DNA of 64,000 nucleotides. It comes from an uncultured Candidatus Rokubacteria bacterium (lineage in GTDB: Bacteria > Methylomirabilota > Methylomirabilia > Rokubacteriales > CSP1-6). Below the pieces are notes generated by a model that saw nothing but the letters and a program-made list of their open reading frames with translations, did not search any database and was not told the origin of the DNA. The translations under genes were made by a program, and so were the position numbers. Shown one piece after another: positions 59,487 through 64,000 of the stretch. Each line of letters starts with the position of its first letter. The first letter of the stretch is position 1. The stretch is taken from assembly GCA_963754315.1 (NCBI GenBank), contig CAVWFS010000001.1, forward strand, positions 32,001 through 96,000, read 5' to 3'.

Positions 59487-60929
59487 ATGCGACGCGGTAA
59501 AGAGTACAGCGAGGCGCTGCGGGACGGACGTACCGTCTTCCTCGACGGCGAGCGGGTCGCCGATGTGACCACGCATCCTGCCTTCGCTGAGCCCATCCGC
59601 CGCATCGCCGAGCGATACGACGAGGCGCGTGAGACCTCCGCACAGTCGGTGACCACCTGCGTCGATCCGGAGACAGGCCACCGGATCGGGGCGATGTGGC
59701 TCAAGCCCGCCTCGGCGGCCGATCTCGCCATTCGCCGGGCCGTGCACCGCTTCTGGGCGGAGGCGTCCTACGGTCTCATGGGACGCACACCCGACCACGT
59801 GGCATGCGTCATCACCGCCTTCGCCACCGCGCGTGACTTCTTCGCCCAGGGCGGGCCTCAGTTCGGCGACAACGTCGTGCGTTTCCATCGGCGGGCGCAG
59901 GGCGATGATCTCTATCTGTCGTATGCCATCGTGCCGCCACAGATCGACCGGACCACGCCGGCCCACCAACACCCCGAGCCGTTCCTTCACCCCGGGGTAG
60001 TTGCGGAGCGAGACGCCGGGATCGTACTGCGTGGCTGTCAGGCCATCGCGACCTCGGCCGTCATGGCGGACTGGCTGTTCCTCAGCTATATCACCCCGCT
60101 GGTTCGGGGCGACGAGGACTACGCCATCTCGGTCGTGATCCCGTGCGGCGCGCCCGGCCTGCGTCTCTACCCGCGGCGGCCCTTCAGCGAGATGGCGACA
60201 TCTCCCTATGACTATCCGCTATCGTCGCGATTCGACGAGGTCGACACCACCGTTGTCCTCGACGACGTGTTCGTGCCGTGGGAGCAGGTCTTCATCTACC
60301 GGAACGTCGAGCTCGTCAACCGTCAGTTCCACGACACCCCGTCGCATACCCTAGCCAATTTCCAGTCACTCGTCCGCTTTGGTGTGAAGCTCGAGTTCAT
60401 GGCTGGCCTCTCCCTCAAGCTGGCCGAGGTCCAGGGCAGCGACACGAGTCCGGTGGTGCAGGCCCAGCTCGGGGGAGAGTTGGCCGCCTGGTGTGCCAGC
60501 TTCGACGCCCTCGTTTCGGCCGCCGAGCGCCTCCCCCTCGTGCGGGACGGGGTGGCCCGCCCTCATCCCCAGTACATCTACGCGGGCATGAGTCTCCAGC
60601 GCCGTTTCATCGTGGACATGCTCCGTTCCATTCGCGAGCTGGCTGGTGGAGCCTTCCAGGCTGTGCCGTCCTCGGAGCAGGCCTTCCAGAGTACCCATAC
60701 GCGAAGGGACACCGAGCGCTACTACCAGTCGACCACCGCGTCGGCGCGCGAACGAATCAAGCTCCTCAAGCTCATCTGGGATTTCGTGGGCACCGAATTC
60801 GGCGGACGGCAACTTCAGTACGAGATGTTCTACTCGGCGTCCCAGCCGGTGGTGAACGGACGGATGTTCCGGGCGTACGACTGGGCAGCAGCCAAAGCTC
60901 TGGTCGACCGCTGCCTCGGCGAGTACTGA
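59487..60929 (+). CDS. 4-hydroxyphenylacetate 3-hydroxylase (HpaB) family monooxygenase
   Basis: DVTTHPAF, GRTPDH, DYPLSSRFDE, GGRQLQYEMFY. Confidence 0.9.
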   Translation: MRRGKEYSEALRDGRTVFLDGERVADVTTHPAFAEPIRRIAERYDEARETSAQSVTTCVDPETGHRIGAMWLKPASAADLAIRRAVHRFWAEASYGLMGRTPDHVACVITAFATARDFFAQGGPQFGDNVVRFHRRAQGDDLYLSYAIVPPQIDRTTPAHQHPEPFLHPGVVAERDAGIVLRGCQAIATSAVMADWLFLSYITPLVRGDEDYAISVVIPCGAPGLRLYPRRPFSEMATSPYDYPLSSRFDEVDTTVVLDDVFVPWEQVFIYRNVELVNRQFHDTPSHTLANFQSLVRFGVKLEFMAGLSLKLAEVQGSDTSPVVQAQLGGELAAWCASFDALVSAAERLPLVRDGVARPHPQYIYAGMSLQRRFIVDMLRSIRELAGGAFQAVPSSEQAFQSTHTRRDTERYYQSTTASARERIKLLKLIWDFVGTEFGGRQLQYEMFYSASQPVVNGRMFRAYDWAAAKALVDRCLGEY

Positions 60930-60936
60930 GGCCCCG

Positions 60937-61980
60937 TCAGACGAGCGGGAGGGGCACCGCCTGGCCGCTGGCCGCGCTGCGCGCAACAGCTTCGGTGAAC
61001 TCCATGTAGCGGACGCCGTCCTCGAAATTGGTCCGAGTGATCGTCTCCTTGCCGCGGACGGCGTTGGCGAATTCCTCCTCGACCCGCCAGCCGATTCGGC
61101 GCTCGACCGGGATGACGATCTCCTCGAGCGCGGTGGCGCCCCGCCGCCCGCCGTAGAGTCGACGGGCATCGGCATCGATTCGAAGCGTGCCATCACTGCC
61201 GAAGAGCCACGCCTCGTTGGGGGGGCCGAGGGCCGTGACGCTGCTGAACCGGAGATGGGCGCTGGCCCCCTTGGCCAAGGTGGCCAGGATGTCCACGTGA
61301 TCGGGAACCGTGACCGGGCGGAGGACCCCGCTGGCGTCTCGGCGGTCCGGAATGGCTACCAGGGTGGTTGCCATGACTCGGGCTGCGGGACCCACCCAGC
61401 GCATGGCCGCCTCGTACCAGATCCCCATATTCAAGACGTTGAGGCCGCTGAGGGCGGCATCCTGCCGCCAATGGAGGGGAGCCTGGCGGTCCACGAAGCT
61501 GCCTTGTCGGGAGTGAACCTCGACCGCGAGAAGGTCGCCCAGGTACCCCTCGGCCATGAGTGCCGTGATGGTGCTATCGACCTCGAGGGTGTGGGGGGCG
61601 GGGACCAGCTGGGTGATCAGCTCTGGCCGACGTCGTGAGGCCGCCAGCATCCGATGAGCCTCGTCGGCGTTCATGGCCATGCGCGCCTCGCAGAGAACAT
61701 GCTTGCCGGCCTCCAGGGCGGCCAGGGTGACCTCGCAGTGAAGGTTCGGCCACGTACCGATACAGATTGCGTCAGTGTCGGCCGAACGGACCAGCTCCGG
61801 CCAGGAGTCGTAGATGCGCGGAATGCCGAACTCCTGCGCGACGCGCTCGGAGGACTCGCGGCTACGGTTGGCCACGCTGACGATCTCCACCCCCGGGATC
61901 GCTTTGAGACCAGGGATGTGGCGAAGCCGGGTGTTGGCGCCGGCCCCGACGATTCCGACACGAAAGGATTGTGGGCTCAT
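60937..61980 (-). CDS. Gfo/Idh/MocA family oxidoreductase
   Basis: RVGIVGAG, GKHVLCEARMA; ATG at 61980. Confidence 0.9.
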   Translation of the reverse strand: MSPQSFRVGIVGAGANTRLRHIPGLKAIPGVEIVSVANRSRESSERVAQEFGIPRIYDSWPELVRSADTDAICIGTWPNLHCEVTLAALEAGKHVLCEARMAMNADEAHRMLAASRRRPELITQLVPAPHTLEVDSTITALMAEGYLGDLLAVEVHSRQGSFVDRQAPLHWRQDAALSGLNVLNMGIWYEAAMRWVGPAARVMATTLVAIPDRRDASGVLRPVTVPDHVDILATLAKGASAHLRFSSVTALGPPNEAWLFGSDGTLRIDADARRLYGGRRGATALEEIVIPVERRIGWRVEEEFANAVRGKETITRTNFEDGVRYMEFTEAVARSAASGQAVPLPLV

Positions 61981-62044
61981 GGGCGGTGAGCATACCGTAG
62001 TCTCGAATTGACGGAGGCGGAAACGATGCGCGCACGTCGGCGCG

Positions 62045-62653
62045 CTATCGAGAGGTGTTCGGGGGGCCCGCTCGAGGCCCGCGAAGCAACACTTCCAAAA
62101 GCGCCTGCATCTCCCGGCTGTTCCACTCGCGTGCCCCGACCGCCATGCCCGCCACCTCTCCACCCGGGCGGATGACGAATGTGGCGGGGAGGCCTGTGAC
62201 CCGCCAGGCGTTCGCCGTGCTCATCTCCGGGTCCAGCAGAATGGGAAAGGTCAGGTCGAGGTTCTTCACGTACGGGTCGAGCAGAGCACGGGGGGCGCCG
62301 CGATCGACCGCAATCCCGATCACGATCAGCCCGCGCTCCCGATAGGTTCGCCACAGCGCCTCCAGGGTCGGCATCTCCAGGGTGCAGGGCTGGCACCACG
62401 TCGCCCAGAAGTTCAATACGATGGCCTTGTCCGCCCACTCGTGAAGCGAAGCGTCGCGGCCGTCGAGGGTCGCCAGCCGGAAGGCCGGTCCTCGCTGTCC
62501 CTCCTTGAACTCGGTGACGCCAGCCCTCTCGAAAGCATCGAGGGTAGGCGGAGAATGAGCCGCGTGATGCCCCGCCTCCTGGCCTGGCTTGCGGATCGGG
62601 AGTGCCCACACGAGCCCCCCGAGCACCATGACGGCGAGCGCCACGCGGATCAA
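62045..62653 (-). CDS. TlpA/ResA family thiol-disulfide oxidoreductase
   Basis: N-terminal TM helix; LNFWATWCQPC; GLPATF. Confidence 0.9.
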   Translation of the reverse strand: MIRVALAVMVLGGLVWALPIRKPGQEAGHHAAHSPPTLDAFERAGVTEFKEGQRGPAFRLATLDGRDASLHEWADKAIVLNFWATWCQPCTLEMPTLEALWRTYRERGLIVIGIAVDRGAPRALLDPYVKNLDLTFPILLDPEMSTANAWRVTGLPATFVIRPGGEVAGMAVGAREWNSREMQALLEVLLRGPRAGPPNTSR

Positions 62654-62787
62654 ACATCACACGTCGTCTCCACCCGGCCGTCCCACTCTCGACATGAGCA
62701 GAGAACCGCTCCATCCGAGTCACTCAACCCGCGCTCGTCTTTTCCGAGCGCCGGCTTTGCCGGCGCAATCCCATCCTGGGGGAGGCC

Positions 62788-62816
62788 TCGGAGGGGGCCG
62801 TCGAGGCCCCCTCCGA
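62788..62816. repeat. Single palindromic repeat copy
   Basis: TCGGAGGGGGCC-GTCGA-GGCCCCCTCCGA, a perfect 12-bp stem with the same core as the 19257 array. Confidence 0.75.
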
Positions 62817-62817
62817 C

Positions 62818-63525
62818 TCAAACACCGAGCTTCTCACGCGTGACCGGGCTCTCGCGTAGTTCCTTGGAGGGACCGTCAAACACGATCTGTCCCTTCTCCA
62901 TGATGTAGCCCCGATCGCACACGGACAGGGCCACCCGTGCGTTCTGCTCGACGAGGAGCACGGTGACACCGCCCCGCTTCAGCTCGGCGATCATGTCCCG
63001 GATGTGTCGCACGAAGGTGGGTGCCAACCCCTGGGTGGGTTCGTCCATGAGGATGAGACGGGATCCCGCCATCATGACGCGGCCGATGGCAAGCATTTGC
63101 TGCTCTCCTCCCGACAAGGTCTTGCCCGGTTGATCGAGGCGCTCTCGCAAGCGCGGAAAGTGGCGGAAGACTTCATCGAAGCGCTCGCGTCGCACGGCGG
63201 CGGTGCGGGCCGGGACGGCCGACAGGCCGAGCTCGAGATTCTCGCGCACGGTGAGGCCGGGGAAGATGCGCCGATTCTCTGGCACCAGCCCCACACCGAG
63301 TCGCGCAATCGCGTGGGGCATCAGCCCGATGAGGCTCCGGCCCTCGAACTCGATGCGACCCTGCCACGCGGGCAGGAAGCCCATGGCTGTCTTCATGAGC
63401 GTGGTCTTGCCCATGCCATTCTTGCCGAGGAGGGCGACCGCTTCGCCCTCTCGGACTTCGAGCGAGACGCCGAAGAGGATGGGCGTTGCCCCATAGCCGG
63501 CGCGGAGGCTATCGATCCGGAGCAT
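62818..63525 (-). CDS. Branched-chain-type ABC ATPase (LivF-like)
   Basis: GKNGMGKTT, LSGGEQQMLAI, LLVEQN. Confidence 0.92.
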   Translation of the reverse strand: MLRIDSLRAGYGATPILFGVSLEVREGEAVALLGKNGMGKTTLMKTAMGFLPAWQGRIEFEGRSLIGLMPHAIARLGVGLVPENRRIFPGLTVRENLELGLSAVPARTAAVRRERFDEVFRHFPRLRERLDQPGKTLSGGEQQMLAIGRVMMAGSRLILMDEPTQGLAPTFVRHIRDMIAELKRGGVTVLLVEQNARVALSVCDRGYIMEKGQIVFDGPSKELRESPVTREKLGV

Positions 63526-63528
63526 CGC

Positions 63529-64000
63529 TCAGTCCTCGGTCCCCCCCAGGTACGCGTCGATGACCTTCGGATCGCTACGAATCTCGGCGGGCGTGCCCTC
63601 GGCAATCTTCTCGCCGAAATGCAGGACGGCGATCCGATCCGAGATCCCCATGACCACGCTCATGTCGTGCTCGATGAGCAGAAGGGTGAGACCTCTGTCG
63701 TTCACGATCCGCTTGATGAGGGCCGTGGCCTCCTTGGTTTCGCCAGGTGTCATGCCGGCCGTGGGCTCGTCGAGCATGAGCAACGTCGGCTCGGTGGCGA
63801 GGGCCACGCAGATCTCCAGATAGCGCTGCTCACCGTGGGACAGGTTCTCGGCCAGCTCATCCCGCCGGCGTTCCAAACCGAAGGCGGCCAGGAGCGCGGC
63901 GACCTGCGGCTCGACGTCAGGCGCCCGCCACAGGGAGACGAGACGCCCCGAATCGCGGACGCGCGACTGCGCGGCGACCCGAACGTTATCGGACACGGAG
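63529..64000 (-). CDS. Branched-chain-type ABC ATPase (LivG-like), 5' part outside the window
   Basis: LSHGEQR, LDEPTAG, IEHDM, DAYLG. Confidence 0.9.
   Translation of the reverse strand, partial: SVSDNVRVAAQSRVRDSGRLVSLWRAPDVEPQVAALLAAFGLERRRDELAENLSHGEQRYLEICVALATEPTLLMLDEPTAGMTPGETKEATALIKRIVNDRGLTLLLIEHDMSVVMGISDRIAVLHFGEKIAEGTPAEIRSDPKVIDAYLGGTED

Overview
GC-rich bacterial chromosome segment from a probable diderm (kdsB, LapA-like and periplasmic binding proteins). Gene style and repeats suggest Candidatus Rokubacteria/Methylomirabilota, which is an inference. Most of the window is housekeeping and metabolic: moaD-moaE, tilS, mgtE, a sugar ABC transporter, yebC-ruvCAB, bfr/bfd, queA-tgt-yajC-secDF-rel, rpmB, recG-rsmD-coaD and coxG/M/S-like genes. 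Five things stand out. (1) A candidate peptide-signalling circuit at 26072-34085. An unannotated 45-aa ORF (MTKLWTVLLFIASFVLVAPVVESGTSTSLGVFVAVGNAESGGGGE) follows a well-spaced sigma-54 promoter and is flanked by two permease-less family-5 peptide-binding proteins, a HAMP-PAS kinase and a sigma-54 response regulator. (2) A zinc-dependent alcohol dehydrogenase whose catalytic-Zn Cys codon is an in-frame TGA (GI*GTD), a candidate selenoprotein. (3) An actinobacterial-type Pup-proteasome operon (arc-dop-prcB-prcA-pafA) with no pup/ubact gene in it. (4) Two tandem 12-13 aa poly-Lys micro-ORFs with extended Shine-Dalgarno sites behind an orphan AbiEi-like gene. (5) A GC-rich palindromic repeat family that abuts stop codons and enters coding frames. 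No rRNA, tRNA, CRISPR array or transposase was recognised. All calls come from reading the sequence; no searches were run.
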